Source: Octopus sinensis (taxonomy: Eukaryota). From it: a stretch of DNA of 33,285 nt. The notes under the pieces were generated by a model. That model made no database searches, was not told the DNA's origin, and saw nothing but the letters and a program-made list of their open reading frames with translations. Below are positions 1-11,291 of the stretch, piece after piece (position 1 is the first letter of the stretch; each line of letters begins with the position of its first letter). The stretch spans positions 1-33,285 of the forward strand of contig NW_021832672.1 in the NCBI RefSeq assembly GCF_006345805.1, written 5' to 3'. The position numbers and the translations under genes were made by a program.

Positions 1-134
1 CTCACAGACACAAAATGTATAAATATATTTTTGTGCATCTGTATTTGTATTAGATATGTAACTGTGAGTGTATCTGCGTATATGAAGAACCCCAGGTGAA
101 AAATAACATAATCTGCCGTCCCACACTCAATTAC

Positions 135-181
135 CAGGCAGGTGTGTATTCTGGTGTATAGTCTCCGAAGACATCCCTCAC
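135..181 (-). CDS. Candidate 47-nt exon, VRDVFGDYTPEYTPA(W/C); product unknown
   Basis: On the minus strand: cattttag acceptor, open frame from phase 0, donor TG|gtaatt. No partner exon or homology recognised. Confidence 0.3.
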
Positions 182-649
182 CTAAAATGCTAAGTACTTT
201 CTCTCGTGGCATGTTAACATAATTTTGATTTGCATGGATAGATGCTTGTATTCTGTTCATCCACATATACATACACACGTGTATATACACACACATACAT
301 TCATATATACAAGCATACCGAAATTTCAAAGAGAAAAAGGATAATTAAAGACAGCTGTTTCGAAGTCCCTAGCTTATATATCCAGATTTAAATTTACATT
401 TAAATCTATATTTAATGCGCTCGGTTTTGTAAGAATATACACGAGGTAAAATCTGGGAAAGCTAGGGTTTACGAGTAAAGAAATCAAGTAGCTAATTCGC
501 ATATTACAAATACAAGCTGTAAGTGGAACAGTAAAGATATGCAAGACTTTTCACAAGTTTAAACGATAAATTTGATTTTGCTGTCTACATTCCAGCAACA
601 GAGTTCATTCCTCGGGGACAGATTTCAAATAGTTAGGGTCAAGAACAAG

Positions 650-712
650 ATGCACGCACACGCACACTCACACACACACGCGTGCACATTAGACACGCAC
701 ACACATACAGAT

Positions 713-754
<42 letters not shown>

Positions 755-755
755 G
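650..755. repeat. Compound (CA)n/(TA)n microsatellite
   Basis: Direct reading; explains ORFs 572..802 and 639..845. Confidence 0.95.
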
Positions 756-884
756 CGCGTATATGTATGTCAATGTTGGTGTGTGCCTGTCTCTATACGT
801 GAGGACGCGTTCTGTGTGTGTACGTGTATATGTGCACGTGTGCATAAATCACATATCTTGACACCGCCCCACCCCCATTCAGCC

Positions 885-1105
885 AAAGGACCTTTGTCTT
901 GCAAGATCATTGGTGGCATCACTAGTGCCGGTGCCACGGGGAAATGCATCCAGTACACTTGGAAAGTGGCTGGCTTTGGGAAGAGTATCAAACCGTAGAA
1001 GATACACAAAATCCGATATTGGGGCCCGGCGTAATTCGCTGGCACGTTGGATCCTGTCGAACCGTCAGGCATGTGCCCGCATGGAAGACAGGCAGTAAAC
1101 GACGA
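885..1105 (+). mobile_element. Degenerate SINE-like repeat with RTE-type 3' end and (GAT)n tail
   Basis: Shares blocks with 1765-1945 (cc/tgtagaa, aaccgtc, catg..c..gcatggaa, t.. acgacgatgatg) and ends in GAT repeats. The RTE-tail assignment is from recollection. Confidence 0.6.
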
Positions 1106-1129
1106 TGATGATGATGATGACGATGCTGC

Positions 1130-1170
<41 letters not shown>

Positions 1171-1297
1171 ATGATGGTGATGATAATGACGGTGATGATG
1201 ATGATGGTGGTGGTGGTGGTGATGGTGGTGATGATAACGATGATGATGATGATGATGATGACGGTGATGATGATGATGATGATGATGATGACGATGC

Positions 1298-1339
<42 letters not shown>
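1100..1339. repeat. (GAT)n/(GCT)n/(GGT)n compound microsatellite containing a ~75-bp internal direct repeat
   Basis: The block gacgatgatg...(gct)8-9(gat)8ggt occurs at ~1100-1177 and again at ~1260-1340. Confidence 0.95.
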
Positions 1340-1340
<1 letters not shown>

Positions 1341-1342
1341 TA

Positions 1343-1574
1343 GAGCAGCGAGCTGGCAGAATCGTTAGCACGCCGGGCGAAATGCTTAGCGGTATTTCGT
1401 CTGCCGTTACGTTCTGAGTTCAAATTCCGCCGAGGTCGACTTTGCCTGTCATCCTTTCGGGGGTCGATTAAACAAGTACCAGTTAAGCACTGGGGTCGAT
1501 GTAATCGACTTAATCCGTTTGTCTGTCCTTGTTTGTCCTCTCTGTGTTTGGCCCCTTATGGGTAGTAAAGAAAT
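1343..1574 (+). mobile_element. Near full-length tRNA-derived SINE (Meta-domain-like core) with Tx1-like 3' tail
   Basis: A box TGGCAGAATCG, B box GAGTTCAAATTCC, core gaggtcgactttgcc..tcatcctttcggggtcgat..aagtaccag repeated about 10 times in the window, 3' end gccccttatgggtagtaaagaaa. Confidence 0.9.
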
Positions 1575-1764
1575 AGATATAATGTATGTACGTATAGGTA
1601 TGTATGTATGTATGTGCGCGCGCGCGCGCGCGTGTGTGTGTGTGTATTTGTTTATATTTGTGCTGTACGAAAGATGCTCACTACACGCAGCAGTGTTGTT
1701 GTTGTTGTTATTTCTCCTGTCAGCAAGCCATCCATTCGCTTCGTGTCATCGAAAGGGCCGTGAA

Positions 1765-1945
1765 GTAAAAGATCTTTTTACTTGAATAACAGGTAAGAGT
1801 TAGTGACTGCAAGGGCACCCAGCTGTAGAAAACTATACCAAAGCATACCCTGGAGCTCGGGGAAACCGTCTGGCGCGGCTGTTCTTATAGAACCGTCCAA
1901 CCCATGCCAGCATGGAAAAGGACATTAGACGACGATGATGATGGC
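1765..1945 (+). mobile_element. SINE-like repeat with RTE-type 3' end and (GAT)n tail
   Basis: aaccgtccaacccatgccagcatggaaaaggacattagacgacgatgatg; homologous to 885-1105. Confidence 0.65.
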
Positions 1946-2402
1946 GATGAGGATCATGGTGTATTTAGGTATTTCTCAGATTGTGTGTAACAAATAAGGT
2001 GTTACTTAGCAACAGGAAGAAGACACGTTATTTTTCTCGTCTTCCCCCACCCCCCAAAAAATGTTTTGATGGATTCCTTCTAATGACCCAAAATGTTACA
2101 AAACATCCGTTTAGTCCAACATCTGGCTCACAGACTGGCATTACTGCCCTATCATCACCCTATCCCATAATTCCAGAATTTCTTGCAAAATATATTTCAC
2201 ATTTGCCAGCGCCAGTCAACACGAAATTTTATTTATTTTATTTTCTCATCACCTTATAAAATTAACACTTTGTTTTTTTTGTTGTTGCTGTTGCTGGGTT
2301 TTTTTTAAAATTTTGTATTTGCTTTTTTCTTGTTGATTGTTGTTGCTGTTGTTGTTTCAATACATCTTCGCTAATAAGGCGAAAAAAAAATTGGAAGACT
2401 TA

Positions 2403-2581
2403 GAGGCAGAATCGTTATCGCATAACAACATTTTTTCGGGTTCTTTACGTTACGAGTTCAAATTCCGCCGAGGTCGACTTTGCCTTTTATCCTTTCGACG
2501 TCGATGAAGAGTACCAGTTGAGCACTGGAGTCGATGTAATCGACTTAGCCCCTCCTCTGAAATTACTGGCCTTGTGCCTTT
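2403..2581 (+). mobile_element. tRNA-derived SINE, Meta-like core, alternative 3' end (aaattactggccttgtgcc)
   Basis: ggcagaatcgtta..gagttcaaattccgccgaggtcgactttgcc; homologous to 1343-1574. Confidence 0.85.
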
Positions 2582-2589
2582 AGGCGGCA

Positions 2590-2732
2590 AACTGTCAGGA
2601 TCGTTTATACACCGGGAAAATGCTGAGCGACATTTTGTCGGTCTCAACGTTCTAAGTTCAAATTCCACCGAGGTTGACTTGGTCTTTTTTCCTTTCTGGG
2701 TCGATAAAATAAGTACCAGTTGTGCACTGGGT
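2590..2732 (+). mobile_element. tRNA-derived SINE, Meta-like core, 3'-truncated
   Basis: ttctaagttcaaattccaccgaggttgact..gggtcgataaaataagtaccagttgtgcactggg. Confidence 0.85.
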
Positions 2733-2793
2733 GAATGGTGGATGGTGAAAAATTAGTGATGAGTAACGAGTGATTCGTAGTGTGAGGAATAAT

Positions 2794-2975
2794 CCTTTCT
2801 ACTACAGGTACAAGGCCTGAAATTTTGAGGCCAGTCGATTTGATCAACCCCAGTACACAACTGGTAATTAATTTATTGACCCTGAAAGAATGAAAGGCAA
2901 AGCCGACCTCGGCGGAATTTCAATTCATTCAGAACGTAAAGAGAGACGAAATACTGCTAAGCATTTCGCTCGGTG
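2794..2975 (-). mobile_element. 5'-truncated Meta-like SINE with 14-bp target site duplication
   Basis: Reverse complement of the core; flanked by the identical direct repeat gtgtgaggaataat at 2780-2793 and 2976-2989. Confidence 0.9.
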
Positions 2976-3084
2976 GTGTGAGGAATAATGACTGATTAGT
3001 GATGAGTGGTTAATCATTAGTTGTGAGAGACGAATGCTAAGTGATGAATAATGAATGATTAAATCTGAAGCGAAAGATTAGTAA

Positions 3085-3385
3085 ATTATTAGCTCTCTCC
3101 CATGATTATTAGATTTTCTTCAAGGTCATTAATAGTTTGCCAAAAATCATTAATTATATCCCCAGGTCACTAGGTACTTTCTAAGGTGATTAGCTACCAT
3201 TTAATGAGAATAGTTATATGCCGAAGTCATTAGATGTTTCTCAAGGTAAATTAATCATTTTCAAAGATCATTAGGTATCCCCCAAGATCACGAGCTACTG
3301 CTCAATGTCATTAATAGTCTCCCAGAATCATTAACTTTCTCCCAAGGTCAAAATCCACCCTTCAAGGTCATTAGTTATATCCCAA
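3085..3385. repeat. Degenerate ~20-bp minisatellite (approx. ccaaggtcattagttatatc)
   Basis: caaggtcatta, ccaggtcacta, aaggtgatta, aagtcatta, aagatcatta and similar recur at ~20-bp spacing. Confidence 0.7.
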
Positions 3386-3388
3386 ATT

Positions 3389-3785
3389 TCTATATATAAA
3401 GCTGAAGTCGTCTGTGTGTGTTTGGCAGGCTTGGTAGCTTTCAACTAGCACTATCTTCTCCGAGACCCTGCCGATGCAAGTTGACCAAAATTGAGAGTAA
3501 TCATAGAAGAAGGCTTGCTTTCCTTCTATAGACAAAAATTCAAATCGGCACCATGTTAACCCCAAAAATTATTTACATCAAAAAAAAAAACGGTGCTTTC
3601 TTTCTATGAAAATCCCATTTTTTACGATTTTTGACTGCTGTTGTATCGCCATTTTTCGGTATTTCAACCAGAAAATGTTCACTTAAAGAGAATAACAAGC
3701 TACATAATGCAAAATTCTTACTTTTCAAAAATTTCAATTCTAAAGGGTCGAAACAAACCCGAGCAACGCCGGGCGATACTGCTAG
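3389..3785 (+). mobile_element. Non-autonomous Helitron
   Basis: 5' TCTATATATAAA; 3' GC-rich hairpin cccgagcaacgccggg (3758-3773), 8 nt, then CTAG followed by T; no TSD. These are the canonical Helitron termini. Confidence 0.75.
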
Positions 3786-3839
3786 TTCTTTAATAAAATT
3801 AAATGAAATAACTCAAGCTATTGTCTATTGAGATCTTAG

Positions 3840-3956
3840 GTCTGCTTTATAAACCCCGAACACCGTTGTGGACCTGTTAAAGGAGCAGCCCTTAATAAGA
3901 ACACAAGCACTCCAAAGGAAAGGGTTCTTCTGCATACAGATGCCTTAGTTGGGAGG
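3840..3956 (+). CDS. Candidate 117-nt phase 0-0 exon, VCFINPEHRCGPVKGAALNKNTSTPKERVLLHTDALVGR; product unknown
   Basis: gatcttag acceptor, AGG|gtaaca donor, only one open frame. No homology recognised. Confidence 0.3.
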
Positions 3957-4859
3957 GTAACAAGTGGGGACTTAAATTTCGACTTGTTGTTTGTGTTAAG
4001 TGATAATAGGGCCACAGGCAGTGGTACTGGTATTTGGGGGTTTCATATAGGGGGTTTCATATAGGGGGCAGTGTATGAGAAAGTAGGAAAGGAACAGGTT
4101 ATATCCTCTATCAGTTATGACAGGTATGTGTGTCACGTGAAGCAGGTGGTGGTGGTGGTGGTGATGATGGTGATTATGATGTAGTGGTACAGGCAGTGGT
4201 GGTAATTGCGATCGGAGTGGAGGATAAGGTGCAGGTGTTAAAATGTGAAGATGGCAACAGATTATTAATAAAGGAGGGGACGAGATGAAACTAGAGATGG
4301 CGGCGATAAGGAAGGAATCCACCATAACTCCAGCCCCCACCGCCCCTCCCTCCGTCCTCCCTCCTCCCTCCTCCCTTTGTCATCGTGGTGGCACGCAAAG
4401 AAACAGATGGTAAGAAATCACATAATACTTTATATCAATCCATTGTGGTTTTTATCTGTTTGGGAATGAGGTTTTGCGCAAGCTTCAGGGTGGCAGAGCT
4501 GATAACGGTGATAGGGAAATTACTCCGCTGAAACTCAGTATTTACAATGTGCTGTGTTGTGTTTACGAGTTCAAATCCCAACGGTATCGGCTTTATTTTT
4601 TATCCCCTCCCCGGGTGAGGGTAGGGTGCAGTATTATACATCTGTGTGAATATTCTGAAGGCGGTTAAGCAGCTTGTACGTTTCCTTGCAAATAATGTCG
4701 TATGCTCTCCAAATATCATAAATGAAATATAATACAAATGTGTGTGTATGTGTGTATGTCTTTTTTTATAAATGCGTGTCTGTAAATATTTCTGAGTGAG
4801 TATATATATATATATATATATATGTGCTTGTGTGTGTGTGTACATACATATGTATGTAT

Positions 4860-4893
<34 letters not shown>

Positions 4894-5074
4894 CCGGCTT
4901 ATTCATTCGCGTCTTTCATACACCAAAGTAGGTACTGTTCTGGATTCTATACAATAAATTTTCTTTTATTAAATTTGAAGGAATAAAAAGCAAACACACA
5001 AACACACACCACACACACACAACACACACATATATATATATAAATAATCCAAACATGAACAAAGAGAAAACACA

Positions 5075-5235
5075 ACAACGCGAGGACGTGGAACAAGTAT
5101 AGTGTTATTGTGAAAGGAAAGAAAGAAGGAGGTTTTAACGTTTCGAGCAGAGCTCTTCGTCAGAAATATAGAAAAAGGAAAGGTCCAAAGAAGGGAAGAC
5201 GGAGGAAGAAAATCACCAGCAATTCACACGCGGTC
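5075..5235 (-). mobile_element. Short repeat carrying a minimal hammerhead, probably a Penelope-like pLTR remnant
   Basis: Non-microsatellite island between (CA)/(TA) tracts containing the hammerhead at 5134-5166. Element boundaries are approximate. Confidence 0.45.
5134..5166 (-). ncRNA. Minimal type I hammerhead ribozyme motif with intact core
   Basis: Minus strand reads UUU-CUGACGA-A-GAGC(UCU)GCUC-GAAAC-GUU|AAA. Catalytic core intact, 4-bp stem II, palindromic ACGU stem III, only 3-bp stem I. Confidence 0.6.
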
Positions 5236-5642
5236 ACACACACACACCACACACACACACACACACACACCACACACACATACACACACACACACACACA
5301 CATATAATGAAATAGTCAAAGTGAATTTTATTCAGTCATCTGTGAAGTTGACACACGTGTTTCGATTTTTTTTGCCTCGTCAGTGCAATGTGTAGTAGTC
5401 TTGCATTTAAGACCATACTGACATGTTTACACCAATTTAGCTTAAAACAATTATATCACTTGTAATCATGTGTCGTTAAAGAGATGAGACTTGATAATGT
5501 CGGTAAATTATGATGATGACAACCGACCGGATTGTACGAAGGAAAGAATAATTAGGTTTATGAGACGAGTTGAGTTTTAAAAATAAATATAACAAAAATA
5601 ACATTAAAAAATTAAATAAACACACAAAAATAGGAAAATATA

Positions 5643-6071
5643 GGCGCAGGAGTGGCTGTGTGGTAAGTAGCTTGCTAACCAACCATATGGTTCCGGGTTC
5701 AGTCCCACTGCGTGGCATCTTGGGCAAGTGTCTTCTGCTATAGCCCCGGGCCGACCAATGCCTTGTGAGTGGATTTGGTAGATGGAACTGAAAGAAGCCC
5801 GTCGTATAGTTGTATATATATATATATATATAGGTATGTTGTGTGTGTTGTGTGTCGTCTGTGTGTGTCCCCTAGCATTGCTTGACAACCATGCTGGTTG
5901 TGTTTACGTCCCGTAACTTAGCGGTTCGGCAAAAGAGAGACCGATTAGAATAAGTACTGGGCTTACAAAAAGAATAAGTCCCGGGGTCGAGTTGTTCGAT
6001 TAAAGGCGGTGCTCCAGCATGGCCGCAGTCAAATGACTGAAACAAGTAAAAGAGTAAAAGAGTAAAGAGTA
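5643..6071 (+). mobile_element. Composite tRNA-derived SINE with internal (TA)/(TG) tract and CR1/L2-like 3' tail
   Basis: A box TGGCTGTGTGG, B box GGTTCAGTCCC, then cttgggcaagtgtcttctgctatag..., 3' ggcggtgctccagcatggccgcagtcaaatgactgaaac(aagagta)n. A near-identical copy lies at 24666-25089. Confidence 0.9.
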
Positions 6072-6277
6072 TACACGCTTATTTATTTAATTGGAAGAAA
6101 TTTATTAATCCAACTCAAATTTCGGGCCACTACGATCTTGTCGCTTGAGGGTCGCGGTGACTTGAAACCTGAGTAGAGAACTCATACGAGGTTGACATCA
6201 TAGTTTAACATGTACTAAGCACTCTCCTCTCGATTATTCGACACAGACCGACGTAGGAAGGATATATTTTACTATTG

Positions 6278-6340
6278 CCCCGGGTCAACCAAAGCCTTTT
6301 CAGTAGATTTGGTAGACGAAGTTGAAAGAGAACCGCCGTA
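6278..6340 (+). mobile_element. Fragment of the composite SINE
   Basis: gccccgggtcaaccaaagcc..gatttggtagacgaagttgaaagag matches 5742-5805. Confidence 0.7.
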
Positions 6341-6499
6341 TATATATATATAAATACATATATACATACGCGTGTGTGTGTGTGTCTGAAAACAAATTTC
6401 TTGTGCGCACAATCGTGTCCCCTTCACTTCCCTCGGCCCCGAATATCATCAAACAGTGAATACCAACATCCCTAACAACTATCTCTAATGCTGCACGTT

Positions 6500-6845
6500 T
6501 CCTACTACCACCACTACCACAACCACAACCACAACCTTGGCCATCTTCAGCACCGGCACCACCACCACTATTACTACTACTGCTGCTAAAGACACCACTA
6601 CCACCACCCCCACGACCAACCCTACGAAGTCCACTGTACAACTCTTATTACCACCACCACTACTACTACCACTACTATTGTCACTACTACCACCACCACC
6701 ACCATCACTACTACTACTACTACCACCACCACCTCCATCAGTAGGACCGCCACCATCGCCTTCACCACTACCACCACTACCACCACCACCACCACCACCT
6801 CCACCACCACCACCTCCACCACCACCACCGCCTTCACCACCATCA
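6500..6845. repeat. (CAC)n/(CTA)n trinucleotide low-complexity tract
   Basis: Direct reading; source of the poly-G, poly-P and poly-V ORFs. Confidence 0.9.
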
Positions 6846-7319
6846 CCGCTTGTGAAGTATGTAAGATCTAAACTGGGTGAAATATTTAGCAAGAAGTAAT
6901 CTGTTTTTAGATTGACTGATTCTGTGCTATGGCGACGGTGAGACCCCCCCACACACACACACAGCCGCGAATATATATGCACAAATACACCAATACACAC
7001 ACACACGCATACACACGTCCACACTTACACACAGGCAGGTGCTCATGCACGCACGTACATAAACACATATATTCAAAAGTGAAAGGATGTGGGGGGGGGG
7101 GTGTTGCCGTTATGATACACTAGTTAAACACACACACACACACACACACACACGCATACGCACGCACATGTACATACGTATGTGATATCCTCCTGGGCCT
7201 CACTGTTGAAATGGTGACAAATTCTTGTACCTTCATAGATATACACATACTTATACGCACGTTCCCAGCAGAAGCACATGCTAACACGCATGATATATGT
7301 TTGTGTGTGAGTGTGCATA

Positions 7320-7367
<48 letters not shown>
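7320..7367. repeat. (TATC)12 microsatellite at the 5' junction of the Tx1 element
   Basis: Direct reading. Confidence 0.95.
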
Positions 7368-7368
<1 letters not shown>

Positions 7369-10148
7369 GTCCACAATTCCACATAGTCAGCTACACGGAT
7401 CACAAACTTGTGACATGTACGCTAGACTTAGGTAAGACACTTAGGCAGGGTCCCGGATACTGGAAACTAAACGCGTCTTTCCCATCGAGACAAGTTTTCA
7501 GAGACCGGATTAGCACACTAGTAAAGAGGGCTTTGACGGAGCCATCATCAACACAAATGGTGGTTGCCCTCAAGAGAGCAGTAAAAGCAGAAGCGATTAG
7601 GTACAGCAAAGCACTAGCCATAGATAGAAATAGAGTAGAGGGTGAGCTAGTTAAGAAGCTAGAAGAGGCAATTAGAAGCGGCATCGCATCCGACGTTTTG
7701 CGGCGAGGTTGGCCCTCGACCACACTTCAACGCCAACACGAAGGATGTGCTGTGTCAGAGCTAGGATGCGTGCTCTAAGGAACGAAGGTGTTGGAGCCGC
7801 GAGAGAGGCCCGGGTGGCAGAGGCGCAACAGGGCAACAAAGCCACCATTCGGTCACTGGTAGATGAACAGGGCGCGAATTGCTCGAGCCAAGTAAATGTG
7901 TGAGGCCTTTCAGCAGCATTTTGCCCGACTGTTCGGAACGAGTGGAGGCAAGAACGTAGGGTGGACTTCAGTGCCTACCTACATAGCCTACCACGACTCT
8001 CGACAAGAAAGGCAGGGGTGCTGCGAAGGTGCCATCACGGCGGCGGAAGTGCGGGAAGCGATGGCAGAATGCTCGAGGGACAAATCACCGGGTTTGGATT
8101 GTCTACCCTACGAGCTTTACATTGTATGCCAGACTTGTTTGGAGATCTCTTGGCGGCGGTGTACTGCAACTGGCAGCAAAACGGGAGCATTCCTGGTTTT
8201 GTGAGCCGAGGAGCCGTAACACTGCTGAAGAAAGATCTAAACAAGGGAAATGTAATAGATAACTTTAGGCCCATCACTCTGCTTAATGCAGACTTGAAAA
8301 TTTTGGCCAAGGTGCTAGCCAAGAGGTTGGCGCTTGTCATCGAGAAACTGGTCGACAGGCGCAAACATGCGCCGTGCCAGGCCGGACCATCCATGACAAC
8401 CTCCATCTGATGCGCTACATCATAGACAAGGGTATTAACGAACCTGGCATGGGTGGGGCCCTGATCAACTTGGATCAATCAAAAGCCTTTGATAGGGTAG
8501 ACCATCGATACTTGGAGGCAGTCCTGAGAGCGGCTGGTTTCGGTCCCGTCTTCCGCGGCTGGATAGCTGCCTTGTACAGAGGCATCCGTTCGGTAATTCG
8601 CGTAAATGGACATCTATCGAGACCTTTCGACATTGCACGTTCGGTCCGTCAGGGATGCCCCCCTCGGCGCTTTATACGTATTGACTCTTGAGCCACTACT
8701 GCGGAAGCTGGCGACTCTAAGGGGCATCCCCGCGAGAATTGGGATGCGGGACGAGCGTGTCTGCATACGCGGACGACGTCACGGTCATAGTGTCTAGCCA
8801 CGAGCACATCGAGCTGGTCGGCGAGACACTGAAAAACTACGAAGCGGTGACAGGAGCGAAAATCAACCGGGAAAAGTCAGTGGGCTTGCGACTAGGCACC
8901 TGGAGAAGCAAGCCCATGCCGTCCACCAGCGCCTCCGTCGTGGGACGCTGGACCGACGGCCCGGTTGAGTTGCTCGGGGTCTGGTTTTGGTCCGGACCTC
9001 CAAGTGGAGAAGAACTGGAACGAGATAACGAGTAGGGTGGTGACTCTCGCCCGGCAATGGCGAGAGGAAACTGTCCCTAAAAGGTCGAGCGGAGGTGGCG
9101 AACCATGTACATCGCGTCCGTCATCTACTACCCGCCTGACCGTCGTACCTTGTCCCCGACCCTACCATCACCAACTACAACGCATCCTCTTTCGCTTCTT
9201 TGGAAAGGATGCGTCCCGATGGTCAGCGATCCATTTGCTGTCAACACCCGTTAAAAGGAGGCTGGGCATGCCGTGGTTGATGATGCGCAGACACGCGCTG
9301 AGACTGCGACATCTCTGGCTCTATGTAGACGACGGTGAACAGGTGTTGTCGCCGTTTGTGAGGCACGCTTTCCCGCAGCTCGTCCTCCATGACCGAACTG
9401 CAGTCGTGGATCAAAAGAGGCCGAGGAAGGGCGAATGGCACCGCGAGTGTCGCGTTGCTCTCAAGCAAGTCTGCCGTCCTGGGTCGACCTTAAGTGACTT
9501 CAACACAACCAAAGCATTCTATAGGGTTTAGTGGAGGGGAGGTACGACGACGAGCTCGGGGCGAACCTGGACGTCGACGAGGAGTACCTGACCCGCCTGT
9601 TCGGGACGACTTTCGGGCCAGGCCCATGGACAACTTCCAGAGATCCCTGGCCTGGCAGTGCTACCGAGAAGCGCTACCCGTTCGGGATAAGCTCTACAGA
9701 CACGGCTCGAGAAACACGGGGCGACCTGCCCGAGATGCGGTCAGAGCGACGAAACCGTTCTGCACGCACTCGTTCAGTGTCCAACAATTTCCGACCTGTG
9801 GGCTTATGTCGAACAACTGCTGTCACGTGTGGGACGAGTCGGTTTATATCAGCTGAGTCTATCGTCAATATTGTCACGCCTCCTTCCTTCAAACGGGAAG
9901 GAGAGCTATTTTTCATCATCCTTGTGGCTATGGCGAAAGAATGTATCTGGTGGACGCGTCTGAAAGGATTGGAGACAAACACTTTCCTCTCTGGTCAATC
10001 TCTCATCAACTTCTTCAAGTACCACTTGAAAAGGAAAGTGAGAGTAGAGAGGCAAGTTTTGTCTAGCGAATGTTTTAAAAAAAGATGGGTGAATGTTGCA
10101 AGAATGGCACGTATGAATGACGAAGCCACCTTGAGCATAGTCCTATGA
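7368..10148 (+). pseudogene. Frameshifted ORF2: end of APE endonuclease, reverse transcriptase and C-terminal CCHC zinc finger
   Basis: SYTDHKLV and GPGYWKLNAS (endonuclease end, Tx1-typical); KSPGLD; DNFRPITLLNADLKILAKVLAKRL; LDQSKAFDRVDH; SVRQGCP; AYADDVTV; KINREKS; CPRCGQSDETVLHALVQCP at ~9727-9783; stop at 10146-10148. Spread over about ten ORF-track fragments. Confidence 0.92.
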
Positions 10149-10339
10149 ACCCAGAAATCGAAAACAGAGAGTTACTTATTTGCAAAAAAAAAAAAAAAAA
10201 AAAAAAAATATAAAATGTGACTTCATTGACCGAGGTTACCGTGGTCTTTTCCGTAGGCTTTTCTTTCCACGGGTAAACCTCACCTGTCCTCCCCTTTACA
10301 CTTCATATTGACATTTCTGTGATAACGATCCCTATTGAT

Positions 10340-10381
<42 letters not shown>

Positions 10382-10446
10382 ACCCCCCTTTTTTTTTGTC
10401 CTCTTTCTCTCCTTTTACGATCCCTTTTGGATCGAACCTCCCCCTT

Positions 10447-10482
<36 letters not shown>

Positions 10483-10552
10483 CCTTCAAAAGAAAAGCTC
10501 TACCTTGTAATTGTTTCTATCTGTGTGCAGCCCTGTGTGGCTATAAAGAAAC
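7368..10552 (+). mobile_element. 5'-truncated non-LTR retrotransposon, Tx1/L1 clade
   Basis: ORF2 remnants followed by a ~400-nt 3' UTR ending ccctgtgtggctataaagaaac. No poly(A) tail; (TATC)n on both sides. Confidence 0.93.
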
Positions 10553-10553
10553 A

Positions 10554-11165
<612 letters not shown>

Positions 11166-11252
11166 ATATAATTATATATGATATATACAAATAAGAATCT
11201 TGCAAAACGAATTTAAACGTATATATATATATTTTATAATCACAACACACTC

Positions 11253-11291
<39 letters not shown>

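Noticed and set aside
988-1371. Poly-H/Q, poly-D/A and poly-M ORFs, and similar ORFs at 6485-7024, 25192-25844, 27408-27878 and 30206-30971
   Set aside because: Tri- and dinucleotide microsatellites open in several frames on both strands, with no non-repetitive protein signal.
3085-3385. CRISPR-like or other prokaryotic array
   Set aside because: Units are degenerate with no constant repeat and unique spacer pattern, and the context is eukaryotic with no cas genes.
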